A DNA stretch of 64,000 nt from Candidatus Bathyarchaeota archaeon (lineage in GTDB: Archaea; Thermoproteota; Bathyarchaeia; Bathyarchaeales; Bathycorpusculaceae), in NCBI GenBank assembly GCA_963775685.1, contig CAVZJV010000014.1, positions 1,632,001-1,696,000 on the forward strand. Reading direction: 5' to 3'. The translations under genes and the position numbers were made by a program. A model generated the notes under the pieces. It did no database searches. It was not told the DNA's origin and worked only from the letters and a program-made list of their open reading frames with translations. Shown piece after piece: positions 19,773 to 30,729 of this stretch; the first letter of the stretch is position 1; each line of letters begins with the position of its first letter.

Positions 19773-20828
19773 CTAAAAGAGTGCGTATGGAAAGCCTTGG
19801 TTGTTTTGGTGCAGTTTGCCTTTTATGGGGATTTGGTGGCCGCAAACGGGGCATTTCATGTCGTTAGTCAGGTTCCAGTTGGTGATATCGAAACTTTGTC
19901 GTTTGATGACGACGGTGTCGCAGTTTGGGCAATAGGTATTTTCCGCTGGATGACCGGGCACGTTGCCTACGTAAACGTAATTTAACCCCTGGTTTTTCGC
20001 TGTCAAATAGGCGCGTTCCATATCCTCAACCGATGTAGCAGAAACGGTGGTCAGCTTATATTCGGGGTGGAAACGAAGCAGGTGAAATGGCGTGTCGGGT
20101 CCCAGGTAATTTTTGATCCATTTGGCCATTTCACGGATGCGGTCCATGGAGTCACCCATTTTGGGAACGATCAGGTTGGTGATTTCTATGTGGACCCCGC
20201 CGAGTTTGAGTTCTTTTAGGCTTTCATATATTGGTTCCACTTTGGGCACGGACATGACGGATTTGTAGAAATCAGGGTCTGCTCCACCCTTGAAATCGAT
20301 GGTTACTGCATCCAAGTAAGGCGCGATGGTTTTTACAGCTTCAGGGGTCATGTAGCCGTTGCTGACAAACGTGTTAAACAATCCTGCTTCATGTGCAAGC
20401 TTCGCACTGTCGTAAGCATACTCCATAAAGATGGTAGGTTCCGTGTAAGTATAACTGATCCCTTGACACCCCGCATTCTTAGCTGATCTGACAACTTCAT
20501 CTGGTGAAAAGGGTTTCCCGGCGACTTCATGATCTTGGCTTATCATCCAGTTGTCACAGAATTGGCAACGGAAATTGCAGCCGCCCGCTGCAACAGACAA
20601 AACCAAAGCGCCAGGGTTAAAATGCGACAGGGGCTTTTTGCCAATAGGATCTACACCCACCGACACAGCTTTGCCATAGTTAAGTGTATACAAGATGCCG
20701 CCTTGGTTTTTTCGAACCATGCAAAACCCAGTTGAATCATCACTGATTAAACAACGACGCGCACATAAGCAACATTTTATTTTGTTTTCAGGTTGCTTCT
20801 CGTAGAGCATGGCTTCATGAAGTGACAT
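19773..20828 (-). CDS. amrS: AmmeMemoRadiSam radical SAM enzyme
   Basis: CNFRCQFC, YTYTEP, RFHP, YVGNV, terminal Cys pairs. Confidence 0.9.
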   Translation of the reverse strand: MSLHEAMLYEKQPENKIKCCLCARRCLISDDSTGFCMVRKNQGGILYTLNYGKAVSVGVDPIGKKPLSHFNPGALVLSVAAGGCNFRCQFCDNWMISQDHEVAGKPFSPDEVVRSAKNAGCQGISYTYTEPTIFMEYAYDSAKLAHEAGLFNTFVSNGYMTPEAVKTIAPYLDAVTIDFKGGADPDFYKSVMSVPKVEPIYESLKELKLGGVHIEITNLIVPKMGDSMDRIREMAKWIKNYLGPDTPFHLLRFHPEYKLTTVSATSVEDMERAYLTAKNQGLNYVYVGNVPGHPAENTYCPNCDTVVIKRQSFDITNWNLTNDMKCPVCGHQIPIKGKLHQNNQGFPYALF

Positions 20829-21611
20829 TTTTACTCAAAACTCTCCAACTAATAGAGAAGTGAGTTTTTGTTTAAAAGCATTAACTTCAAGCGCTTGCTT
20901 AGAAATATTTTGATAAAGAAAAGCACCCTCTTTTCATGCCATCGGCTATGTAACCGTTTAGACCGCTGAAAAGCCAAGGTCAAACTTTCTCTGGAAAGCC
21001 TCACTTAACTTTTCGTCTAATCAGGAAGATATAGAAGCGTTTTTCTTTTGCTCTTATCAAACTCAATGGTATGTCAAAGTCGTTTTCTTTTGTTCTGTTC
21101 GCCCCTAACAAAAGAGCCAAAAACGCACATCGTTTTCAAACAGATTTTAATTATACTCTTCTTAATGCCTTTCTTTCTTAACCCTTCGACAGTTTTTGAG
21201 CTTGGATTCCCAGTATGTATATGTGCCCAGACTTAAGCTTTTTTCAGAAATTAAAATGGCTATTCCTGCATTCCAAATAATAGTTGGAGCATCTTCTGTA
21301 AAAGTAAAAGGAAAAATCCAGATTTCAAGAAGAACAATACAATAGAACAACCGCCATTCCCAGATGGTTTAGGACATTCTACAACATTTGCAGAAATAAC
21401 CTATAGCCATCGCAAAGCCCAAACAACAAAACAAACCCTGCCATTTTTGCAAAATCAACTGGTGTTGTTCTTCAATCAAACAGAACCAAGTGATACGTGG
21501 AGCTGATCGAATTAAATTAGAGAAGCAAAAAAGACACTCTACAATGAATACCTAAAGCAACGCCTGATCAAGAAAAGAAAATTACAAAAAACTTACGATA
21601 TTATAAAAAAA

Positions 21612-21959
21612 TCATGGTTTTTTATTTTGCAACAATGTGTTGTAGAAGCAGCTATATTCGCCTGTGTGGCATGCTGGACCTATCTGCTCAACCACATAAA
21701 GCAGCGAGTCATAGTCGCAATCGGTTGAAATAGACACTATTTTTTGTGTGTGACCCGAGGTTTCGCCTTTAATCCACAGTTCATTTCTGCTGCGGCTCCA
21801 ATATGTACCCTGGCCTGTCTTGAGCGTATGCTCAATGGCTTGGCGGTTCGCATAGGCTTGCATGAGCACTTCTTTGGTTATTGCGTCCTGAACTATGACG
21901 GGTATTAGTCCGTTGCCTTTCTTGAAATCAAGCTTTTCTAGCAGGGCGTTGGTTGTCAT
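21612..21959 (-). CDS. hisI: Phosphoribosyl-AMP cyclohydrolase
   Basis: WSRSR, KGETSG, DCDYD, ACHTG; no HisE domain. Confidence 0.95.
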   Translation of the reverse strand: MTTNALLEKLDFKKGNGLIPVIVQDAITKEVLMQAYANRQAIEHTLKTGQGTYWSRSRNELWIKGETSGHTQKIVSISTDCDYDSLLYVVEQIGPACHTGEYSCFYNTLLQNKKP

Positions 21960-22759
21960 TGTCTTATTGTCACCCCCATCTTTCGCAAGTAGTCTTTCAC
22001 TACTGGAACGGGGTACTGGTTGTAGTGAAATATAGAAGCTGCCAACGCCGCGTCGGCTTTGCCCTCGGTTAAGACCTCAAGTAAGTGTTTGGGTTCCCCT
22101 GCGCCGCCGCTAGCAATGATTGGCACGTTCACGCGTTCAGATATGGCACGAGTTAATTCGATATCGTAGCCATCTTTTGTGCCATCACGGTCCATAGAAG
22201 TCACCAGAAATTCGCCTGCCCCAAGCTGCTCGGCCTGCTTTGCCCAAGCTAAAGCATCTATACCCGACGGCTTACGCCCACCATAAGTTACAACTTCAAA
22301 CCACAACTTGCCCTCAGCCGTGTCAACCATGATTTTCCCGTCGCTTGCCGCGCGGTTTCTTCTCGCATCAATGGCGCAGACCACACATTGTCTACCAAAA
22401 ACATCGGCAAGTTCAGTTATTACTTTTGAGTTTTCCACTGCCGCTGTGTTAACCGACACTTTGTCGGCACCACTGCACAAAACCAGTCTTGCATCCGACA
22501 CATTACGAACACCTCCTCCGACAGTAAATGGTATGCTGATAGCTTTTGCGACACCCTCCACAATACCACGCAAAATGTCGCGTTTCTCTGATGAAGCAGT
22601 AATATCAAGAAAAACCAATTCGTCGGCACCTTGGTCAGAGTATTGTTTAGCCATCTCTACAGGGTCGCCAGCACATTTAGGATTCAGAAAGTTTATGCAT
22701 TTGACGACTTTCCCATGGTCAACATCCAAGCAGGGTATAATACGTTTCGCTAAGGGCAT
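21956..22759 (-). CDS. hisF: IGP synthase cyclase subunit
   Basis: [22 protein letters not shown]. Confidence 0.95.
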   Translation of the reverse strand: MPLAKRIIPCLDVDHGKVVKCINFLNPKCAGDPVEMAKQYSDQGADELVFLDITASSEKRDILRGIVEGVAKAISIPFTVGGGVRNVSDARLVLCSGADKVSVNTAAVENSKVITELADVFGRQCVVCAIDARRNRAASDGKIMVDTAEGKLWFEVVTYGGRKPSGIDALAWAKQAEQLGAGEFLVTSMDRDGTKDGYDIELTRAISERVNVPIIASGGAGEPKHLLEVLTEGKADAALAASIFHYNQYPVPVVKDYLRKMGVTIRQ

Positions 22760-22762
22760 CTT

Positions 22763-23497
22763 TTAAGCTCCTATTTTTTGTATGGCTTCCTTTAACGTGA
22801 AGCGTCCCTCATAAAGTGCTTTTCCGATAACAGCACCTTCTACACCGATTTCTTTGAGAGCGGCCAAATCACCTATGCTGCCGATTCCCCCTGCCGCCAC
22901 GATTTTGGCGTTTGGGTATAGATTGGCTTGACTGAGAGTATTTAGATCTGGACCGCTAAGCATACCGTCTTGGGCTATAGAAGTTATCAAGAAACGAGGG
23001 ACACCAAGTGCAGTGTACTTTTCAAGTGCATCGTCTAAAGTCATGGCGGTTGCGGTTTTCCATCCTTCAACCATAATGAGCCCATCCTTGTTGTCCAAAG
23101 CAACAATAACGGATTCTGAGCCAAATTTCTTCTGGATTTTGCCAATCACCGAAGGGTCGCTAAACGCTAAAGCACCAAGGATTACTTGGGTTATACCTGT
23201 CTGGAATAGTTTATCAGCTGTTTCGTAACTACGTATTCCACCACCAACCTGAATGGGCAACTTAACGTTCTTGGCAATCTCCGCTATGACCGCATAATTG
23301 TTGCCTAATGCAAAAGCAGCATCCAAATCGATAATGTGAAGTTTTCCTGCTCCTTCATCTCGCCATCGCTTTGCGGCTTCATATGGGGTTCCAAATTGGC
23401 TTTCGTAGATTTTGGCGGTTTTAGCCTCACCGCGAGTTAACCGGACGATTTTGCCATTCATTAAATCTATTGCTGGAATCATTTGCATATTAATCAC
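22763..23497 (-). CDS. hisA: ProFAR isomerase
   Basis: IPAIDL, QVGGGIR, GKALY. Confidence 0.95.
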   Translation of the reverse strand: MINMQMIPAIDLMNGKIVRLTRGEAKTAKIYESQFGTPYEAAKRWRDEGAGKLHIIDLDAAFALGNNYAVIAEIAKNVKLPIQVGGGIRSYETADKLFQTGITQVILGALAFSDPSVIGKIQKKFGSESVIVALDNKDGLIMVEGWKTATAMTLDDALEKYTALGVPRFLITSIAQDGMLSGPDLNTLSQANLYPNAKIVAAGGIGSIGDLAALKEIGVEGAVIGKALYEGRFTLKEAIQKIGA

Positions 23498-24099
23498 TTA
23501 ACCACTGTTTTGACGAAGTTCCTTAGAATTTTTAAGCCAACATCGCCCGATTTTTCGGGATGAAACTGGGTGCCATAGATATTTTTACTGGCAACTGCAG
23601 AAGTGAAGGTTGTGCCATACTCAGTTGTTGCATAAACTATTGACTTGTCTTTTGGGACCGGATAGAGGGAGTGGACAAAATAGACATAGGTACCTTCTGC
23701 GATACCATCGAAGAGCTCGTTTGGTTTAACGAGGTTTAGTGTGTTCCATCCCATATGCGGCACCTTCACCGTTTTAGGCAACTGCGCGTTTCTGCCTTGA
23801 AAGAAACCTAAGCCCGTTCCGGGTCCTTCCTCACTGGATTCAAAGAAAAGCTGCAAACCCAAACAGATACCAAGGAGCGGTGTACCCTCTTTAATTTTGG
23901 TTCGAAGGTCTTCTTTGACCGCGTCCAATTTGCCTGATGCTGCGGTAAAGCTTCCAACGCCAGGAAGTGCAATGGCGTCTGCCTTAGCCAAATCCTGTAG
24001 CGTGGTGCCAATAGACGCAGTTAAACCTGCTTTTTCCAACGCAGTTTTAAGACTAAGCAAGTTTCCAACGCCATAATCGAAAATGACTGCGTTGGGCAT
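23494..24099 (-). CDS. hisH: IGP synthase glutaminase subunit
   Basis: LGICLGLQ, QFHPEKS. Confidence 0.95.
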   Translation of the reverse strand: MPNAVIFDYGVGNLLSLKTALEKAGLTASIGTTLQDLAKADAIALPGVGSFTAASGKLDAVKEDLRTKIKEGTPLLGICLGLQLFFESSEEGPGTGLGFFQGRNAQLPKTVKVPHMGWNTLNLVKPNELFDGIAEGTYVYFVHSLYPVPKDKSIVYATTEYGTTFTSAVASKNIYGTQFHPEKSGDVGLKILRNFVKTVVK

Positions 24100-24674
24100 T
24101 AGATGACCCCTTTTGAGGTAGGTACGCCTTTACGTCTGGGATCCATGGATACTGCTTGTCTCAGCGACAACGCCAAGGCTTTGGTTGCGGCTTCGGCTTT
24201 GTGGTGGTCGTTGCTACCGTACTCAACGAAAATGTGTACGTTAGCTTGAAGTGCGGTGGCGAGGGATTCGAAGAAGTGGTTGATGTCTTCAGTGGGCATG
24301 TCTTCTACTTTTTTGCCGCGGAGTTTAAGGTCGATTTTGAAGTAGGGACGTTTAACTAAGTCGACGACGGCGAATGCCAGAGAGCAGTCCATGGGTACGG
24401 CGGCGTTGCCAAACCGTGTAATGCCTTCGCGCGTGCCTAACGCTTTGTTTAGTGCTTCGCCCAATCCGATTGCGAGATCCTCGACGGAGTGGTGCACCAA
24501 GTCGCCCTTCACTGAGGCGTTTATGTCGATTAGGCTGTGGGTTGCAAGAGAGGTTATCATGTGATTAAGAAAGGGCACAGGTGAACAAACGCTCACTTTT
24601 CCTTCGCCGTCAAGATTTACCTGAACTTTAACTTCGGTTTCTTTGGTTTTACGGTAAACTTCCTCTTTCCTCAT
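24099..24674 (-). CDS. hisB: Imidazoleglycerol-phosphate dehydratase
   Basis: RKTKET, HHSVED, NDHHKAEA. Confidence 0.95.
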   Translation of the reverse strand: MRKEEVYRKTKETEVKVQVNLDGEGKVSVCSPVPFLNHMITSLATHSLIDINASVKGDLVHHSVEDLAIGLGEALNKALGTREGITRFGNAAVPMDCSLAFAVVDLVKRPYFKIDLKLRGKKVEDMPTEDINHFFESLATALQANVHIFVEYGSNDHHKAEAATKALALSLRQAVSMDPRRKGVPTSKGVI

Positions 24675-25795
24675 TCATCTTCCCCTTCAATCTCGTTTAG
24701 AGCCTCAATTAGTTTATCGTTCATTTCTGGCAAACCAACGGTGACACGGAAGCAGTTGTCGTACCGGAGGATTTTGCCCCATTTCTTAACCATGATGCCT
24801 TTCCAAAGCAGCTTCTGATTAACCAAGTCACAGGGTTTTTGTGTATTCATAAGCACGAAGTTGGCTTGTGAATCGAAGGCTTGCACCCCTTCTATTTCGT
24901 TGAGAGCCTTTATCAGTTTTGCCCGCTCACTCTTCACTTGCCTTACGGATTCCATCATTAAATCAACATTATCCAGCATTTTAGAGCCCATTCTTAATGT
25001 GAAACCGCTAACAGGATAAGGCAAAGGGGCTTTCTCGGTTAAAATCTTGGCTAACTCAGGGTTTGCCACAGCATAACCAAGCCGAAGCGCCGCCAAACCG
25101 AACGCCTTCGAGAAAGTTCGCAGAATAATCATGTTATCAAACTCCCTTATCCGCGGCACAAACGAATAATCGGCAAATTCACCATACGCCTCATCTAAGA
25201 CGACGATTCCAGGAAAAGCTTTGACTAGGACCTCAATATCTTTAGCGCTGTACTGCGTTCCGGTGGGACTATTGGGCGAACACAGGTAAAGAAGCCTTGT
25301 TTTGTCTGAAAACTTGGAAAGCATCCCCTTAACATCAAGTTGCAGGTTTTTTTGAAGCGGAACAGCAATGTATTCGCCTTCTTGGCGTTTAACACATAGG
25401 CACGGAATGGAGAATGTCGGTGTGAACGATACTGCGAGGTCGCCTTTCTCCACAAAGAGCCTGATAATACGGTCGATTAATTCGTCGCTTGCGTTGCCGA
25501 CCACAAGGAAATCCTTTGGAACTTTCATGTAGCCAGCAAGTTTTTCGCGCAGTTTAACCTCTTCGTCCTCAGGGTATATGCGCAAATCGATTTCTTCAGC
25601 CAACTCTTTCACCAGCTTAGCTTGTTTAACTCGGGGCATGAACAAGTTCTCGTTAAAATCCAGCTTGATTATCTGTTTTGTAGTAACACCCAGTTGCTTC
25701 GCTACTGTTTCGGGCGTGGCTCCAGCTGTGTAGCAGTCTATTGCTTGGAGTTTTTCGAGTTTTTGTTTTACCCATTTCTTGTAAGATTCACTCAT
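24671..25795 (-). CDS. hisC: Histidinol-phosphate aminotransferase
   Basis: DEAYGEF, RTFSKAFGLAALRLG. Confidence 0.95.
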   Translation of the reverse strand: MSESYKKWVKQKLEKLQAIDCYTAGATPETVAKQLGVTTKQIIKLDFNENLFMPRVKQAKLVKELAEEIDLRIYPEDEEVKLREKLAGYMKVPKDFLVVGNASDELIDRIIRLFVEKGDLAVSFTPTFSIPCLCVKRQEGEYIAVPLQKNLQLDVKGMLSKFSDKTRLLYLCSPNSPTGTQYSAKDIEVLVKAFPGIVVLDEAYGEFADYSFVPRIREFDNMIILRTFSKAFGLAALRLGYAVANPELAKILTEKAPLPYPVSGFTLRMGSKMLDNVDLMMESVRQVKSERAKLIKALNEIEGVQAFDSQANFVLMNTQKPCDLVNQKLLWKGIMVKKWGKILRYDNCFRVTVGLPEMNDKLIEALNEIEGEDE

Positions 25796-27098
25796 TTTTC
25801 AAACCTTGCCTGTATTGCTTTGAAGTGGTTTGGAAGGTTCTCAGCTTCCGTCAATACCTTGATGCTGTCCTTTACTCTCTCAAGACCCACTCTTGTGCTT
25901 TCAACTATGCTTACTCGCCGCATAAAATCCAATGAAGACAAGCCTGAGAAAGAATGAGCAAAGCCGCCTGTAGGCAGGACATGGTTGGTTCCGCTTCCAT
26001 AGTCGCTTAGGGCAACTGGGCTGTAGGGACCTAACAGTATGAGTCCAGCGGTGAGTTTCTCGGCTACTTCATTGGGGTTTAGCTGTCATGACTTCTAAGT
26101 GTTCCGCAGCAAACTGATTCACCAAACCGATAGCCTCATCCACGCTTTCGCAGGTTATTATGAATCCGTATTTGGCAAGTGACTCAGAGATTTTTTCGCC
26201 TCTTTGTGCTAAAGCAGCGACCTTTGCAAGGTTTTCCTGCACTTGCAAAGCAAGCTTCTCAGACGTTGTTATGAGTCCAGCAACGCTGTCGCCTCCATGC
26301 TCAGCCTGCGAAACCATATCATAAGCGATCAACCGCGCATCAGCCGAATCATCCGCCAACACAAGCACTTCGCTTGGGCCAGCAGGCATATCAATAGCCA
26401 CATCAGTTGAAACCAAAACTTTCGCTGCAGTCACATATTTGCTTCCTGGACCCACGATTTTCCGGACAGGCGCTATGGTTTTTGTTCCGTAAGCTAAAGC
26501 AGCTATGGCTTGGGCTCCGCCTACCTTGTAGACTTCGTCGACTCCGCAGATGTCTGCGGCAACCAGAACCAAGAGGGTTAACTTTGCCTTTAGCATCTGA
26601 GGGTGAACACACGACAACTCGTGGGACACCAGCAACTTTGGCTGGAACCACAGTCATGACAAGAGTGCTTGGGTAAGACGGCTTGTCCGCCTGGAACATA
26701 GCATCCGACACTTTCGATTGGGCGCAGAACAGTCTGTACCGATATTCCGTCATTGACAGTTTTGATGTCGGTTTGAGTGAGCAATTGCTTTTGGAATTTG
26801 CTGACTTTTTCTTGCATGAATTTTATAGCGGAGATTTGCTGCGGGAGTGGTTTTTGTGTAGGCTTCCTTGATTTCTGCAGGTTTAACTCTAAGACCGCGA
26901 ATGTCAAGTTCGGCTTTGTCAAATTTTAAGGCAAACTCAACTAAGCGCTCTATCGCCGTCTGCTTTGACCTGGTTTATTATGGCTTTGACGCTAGTTTCC
27001 AGTTCTTGTGTTGCTTTCTGGTCTGCCTGCTGCCTTCTAAACCAGTCGGCAGGTAGCTCTTTAGAGTTCCAGACTTTTACGTTGAATCCTTTTTGCAT
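25792..27098 (-). pseudogene. hisD: Histidinol dehydrogenase, split by about 6 frameshifts
   Basis: [32 protein letters not shown] and GTNHVLPT lie in different frames. Confidence 0.9.
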
Positions 27099-28079
27099 TG
27101 ACCTTCGTTTCTCCGTGCAATCTCATCGAGCGCCAGCACTTGCCTTGGCTCATAAACCACTAAGCCCTGAGCTAATTTGCGGATTTTCGGAAGCAACTCG
27201 ATTAGGCAGTCTTTTTCGATAACAGTGTTTACGCTAACCCACGTGTCGTCCGCCAGCGGCGATATGGTCGGGTTCTTTAATGCGGGCAATTCTGTTAGCA
27301 ATCGTTTGCAGGTTGGTTTTTTTGACGTTGACAAATATGTGGATTCTCTTCGAACCGTCCACAACTCCTTTGAGCAAAGCAACTATATCATAGATTTTCT
27401 CACGTTTCTCAGGGTCTTCTAAGGATTTCTTGTTGGCAATCAGTACTGCGGATGATTTCAGGACGGTTTCTATGATTCGCAGGTTGTTAGCTTCGATTGT
27501 CGTGCCTGTTTCGGTTACATCCATGATGCAGTCAGAGTCTTCTGGCGGCTTAGCTTCAGTTGCACCAAAAGAAAGGAAAATTTTGGCTCTTGCGTTGTCA
27601 CCTTTTTTCCACCAAGGCGTAACAATCATCGGGTCGGCATTGCCAAACCGCTTCTTGTACTGTGGAGTGTTCTTGAGGTATTCAGAGGCGATGTTGAGGT
27701 ATTCGGTGCTGATTCGGAAGTTTTTGCCCTGACTCCAAATCGACTCCATAAACTCGCCCACGGTGCTCTTTTCAGGCACGCTCTTTGGCACAGCTATGAC
27801 GAGTTTGATTTTTCCATATTCAAGGTTCTGGAGGATTTCGACATCTGCTTTGTTTTCTTTAACCCAATCTTCCCCAGTGATGCCAAGGTCTTGTAGGCCT
27901 TCGTTTACAAAAACAGGGATTTCTTGGGGTCGAAGAACCTTCATTTCGATTTGGGGGTCGTTTATGCTTGGGCGGTAAGTGCGTTCTGTTCCGCCGATTT
28001 TGAATCCTGATTTAGAGAAGAATTCCGCTGTTGCTTTTTCAAGTGAGCCTTTGGGGATGGCAAATTTTATTTTATCCAT
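27077..28079 (-). pseudogene. hisG: ATP phosphoribosyltransferase (long form), frameshifted near the 3' end
   Basis: AIPKGSL, GATE, DVTETGTT; tail LPALKNPTISPL in another frame. Confidence 0.9.
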
Positions 28080-28111
28080 AAATTTTTTCTCCTAAACTTT
28101 TAGAGAGGTAT

Positions 28112-28258
28112 CTAAGGGTTTTTTGTTGCATCAAAACGGTTTTTTGGGAGGGTTGCGCCTAATTTCAAATATCTAATCGTTGTTACGCTTTCAATGAAGG
28201 CAATCGCCTTGTATGAACGCAATCCCTCATCATATACCACTGGAAGACACCTGAACAC
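28112..28258 (-). CDS. Putative 48-aa leader ORF upstream of hisG
   Basis: GTG-MFRCLPVVYDEGLRSYKAIAFIESVTTIRYLKLG...; start lies in the loop of an inverted repeat. Confidence 0.35.
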   Translation of the reverse strand: MFRCLPVVYDEGLRSYKAIAFIESVTTIRYLKLGATLPKNRFDATKNP

Positions 28259-28289
28259 CTGTCTTCCTAATAAATCTGTTTCCTAATAT

Positions 28290-28894
28290 TTAACTGTCGG
28301 ATGCTAAATATTGACTCGATTTTGCGGTTTTAATCTCAAAAACCATCGGAGCCACAGAATTATGCGTTTCCAACTCCACACTGAGCAATCCTTCAGGATG
28401 CCCTTCCAAATTTCACAAGTCATGAATGAAGGGAGTCTTTAGAAGCAGAAACTTATCTTTGAGGTAGAAGTCACCGAAGCCCTGAACCTTTAACCGATTA
28501 AAGATAGCTTCCCAATTCTCTTGTTTGCGTGCATCTACACCCAGAGTGGATTGGATAGAAACTTTCAGGGCATCACCCATCTTTTCGCCGACTATCCAGA
28601 CCATTTTTCTTTAGGTATTTGCTGAGTAAGGATATTGAGTAATTCGACGTTGACAAAGGCGGTGCGGCTTATGCCACAGTAGTATTCGCCAGGAAAATGC
28701 CAATCGTAAATCATCATGCTCTTGTAGATGTCGAGCATTTTGGAGATTAACGGTTTTATGCCGGGTTCTTTGCCTTCTTTTATTAGTGATTCGATGAATT
28801 CGCGTTCGTTCTTTTCTAGGATGATGGTTGTTCTTTTTGCTTCTTCACTTTTCTGCTTGGGTGCATTAGGGATGTTTCGTTTGCTGTCAAGCAT
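28290..28894 (-). pseudogene. RHH-like regulator with ligand-binding domain, frameshifted
   Basis: RTTIIL strand followed by helices; continues through ORF 28413-28604 and a further frame. Confidence 0.55.
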
Positions 28895-29058
28895 AGACCC
28901 TATTCTTCTAGCAATATTTAATATGACTTATGTATTCAGCAAGCATATTCAAACTCAATGTTTTCTCGTTTTATGAAATAGTCTAAAGAGAAAACCTTCT
29001 CTATACAAAGACAAACAACAAAGCCGCCAAGGAAAGTGTAGCATTTTTTGGTGCAGCA

Positions 29059-29372
29059 TTAATTCTTATCGGGTCCTTGTTCTTGATTATAAGCCAAAAA
29101 AAAACCAAACTTCCACCGAAGCCAAAGGTTTGTGAAAAGAAATAAATCGATCGCTAAATTCATTTTCGCGTCTGGTTCAACTTTAACTGTAACGTCTGGC
29201 CCTTTTATTCCAGCTAAAGGCGGAAGTATATGGGAAATAAATTGTTCTGCAGTGCATTGACGAACAGTTCCATTACAGACTGTATTCCTTCCAACCATCC
29301 TTTTCTTTTCTGAACTTCTGCAGCCATCTTATCTTTGAACATGATGTAGATTATGCATTCAGAATTTTTCAT
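29059..29372 (-). pseudogene. Small hypothetical protein, frameshifted
   Basis: MKNSECIIYIMFKD and TAEQFISHILPPLAG lie in different frames. Confidence 0.4.
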
Positions 29373-29470
29373 AGTTACCCTTTGGTAAACAGGATATTAA
29401 AAATTAACGCAAAAATCCACGTTTCAAACCAAAGAATACTTAATAAAACAGGTTCTGTCCTCTATGGTGG

Positions 29471-29527
29471 TGCCGATGAAGAACCTAATTAGCTGATTTG
29501 ATGATGCACCCTAGGGTATCTGAGGCA
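29471..29527 (+). ncRNA. Box C/D guide sRNA
   Basis: C-like CGATGA, D' CTGA, C' TGATGA, D CTGA; terminal stem TGCC/GGCA; TTAATAAA about 25 nt upstream. Confidence 0.8.
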
Positions 29528-29531
29528 AAGC

Positions 29532-29765
29532 TTACTCAATGACTCTCTTTCTGTTAAGGTACACAAGCAGACCTAAGCCAACTATCAACAGGACCGCGCC
29601 GACACCTATGGAGGCGATGTAGTCCACTTTAGCAACATCTGAAAGTAGATATGGAATATAGGTTGGACCGATAAATATCAAGAATACCGAGATAATAGTC
29701 ATTGTTACTTTCATGAATTTCGAATCTAAACCGCTAACTTGCATGTTTTCATTATTTTCAGTCAT
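29532..29765 (-). CDS. Small 2-TM membrane protein
   Basis: Two hydrophobic helices; coupled to the PAC2 gene. Confidence 0.7.
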   Translation of the reverse strand: MTENNENMQVSGLDSKFMKVTMTIISVFLIFIGPTYIPYLLSDVAKVDYIASIGVGAVLLIVGLGLLVYLNRKRVIE

Positions 29766-30465
29766 CGACGCCACTTTCCTTCTCTTCAGGTGCATTGTTT
29801 TCTACTAACCCTTCTTTTATCTCTTTTCCTAATGCCTTCATCAAAAACTTGAAAACCAAGAACCCAGCGCCTTTATCAGCCTTAAAACCCATCGTTGTAC
29901 CCAGCAAACTTATTCCATCAATTTTTCTTTCCTTCGCCAACGCAATCGTAAGCCCTGTTCCGCCAACAATTCTACCCTTACTGTAAATAACTGCACCTTT
30001 CTCCATAAACTCAGTTGCTAGCCTTGGCGAAGTGGCAGCTATGTAAACCTGCGTCTTATCCTCAGTTATCGGAACCCCACCCATAGTTACGATGAATTTA
30101 CAACCCAAAGTTTCAACAAAATCAAGCACAGAATCACAAACCGTGTAGTGCGCGACTACGTCGTCAAAGGAGGGCTGAATCTCACCCGTCATGATGACCA
30201 AGTTGTTCTTCTCCATGGGAGCATAAGAAAACTCGTATCGCGGTAAATGAGCAATACCTTTGGAGGTTATAGCAACATAATCTGGAAAAGTCGGAGAATA
30301 CAACTCGGCAAAAGGCTTGGCATCAAAGAACTTTATTAGCAAATGCGCGGCTATCCGGCCCACATTTCCAAATCCGGGGAGACCTTGAACAAAAATTGGG
30401 TTTTCAAGAGTGGGATTCGAAAGTTTACGTAAATACGGCTTATCCAAAGCGAACCATCCGTTCAT
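29758..30465 (-). CDS. PAC2 family proteasome assembly chaperone-like protein
   Basis: QGLPGFGNVG, TMGG, IVGGTG. Confidence 0.85.
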   Translation of the reverse strand: MNGWFALDKPYLRKLSNPTLENPIFVQGLPGFGNVGRIAAHLLIKFFDAKPFAELYSPTFPDYVAITSKGIAHLPRYEFSYAPMEKNNLVIMTGEIQPSFDDVVAHYTVCDSVLDFVETLGCKFIVTMGGVPITEDKTQVYIAATSPRLATEFMEKGAVIYSKGRIVGGTGLTIALAKERKIDGISLLGTTMGFKADKGAGFLVFKFLMKALGKEIKEGLVENNAPEEKESGVDD

Positions 30466-30574
30466 ACAGAAGAATGTTCGACACTAAAATCCTTTTGCAA
30501 TAACTGAAAAAGAAACTATTAATATTTGACACCTCAACTAATAGGATACATCTCTAAAATATCGCCAAACCTGT

Positions 30575-30653
30575 AGCGGGGTGGGGTAGCCAGGATTAAC
30601 CCGCTGGGCTCATAACCCAGAGATCACTAGTTCAAATCTAGTCCCCGCTACCA
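30575..30653 (+). tRNA. Initiator tRNA-Met (CAT)
   Basis: A1-U72 pair, GGG/CCC anticodon stem, TTCAAAT T-loop, encoded CCA. Confidence 0.95.
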
Positions 30654-30729
30654 ACAATAAAATTTTGCTCACTACTCAGTCAGTTGACCTTTTATATGAA
30701 AGGGGTGTAGATTTTTCCGGGCAGCAAAG

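Noticed and set aside
20830-21610. Short ORFs 21048-21236 and 21162-21350
   Set aside because: No motifs; probably decayed AT-rich sequence
25792-28079. Programmed frameshifting in hisD/hisG
   Set aside because: Too many shifts and no consistent slippery sites
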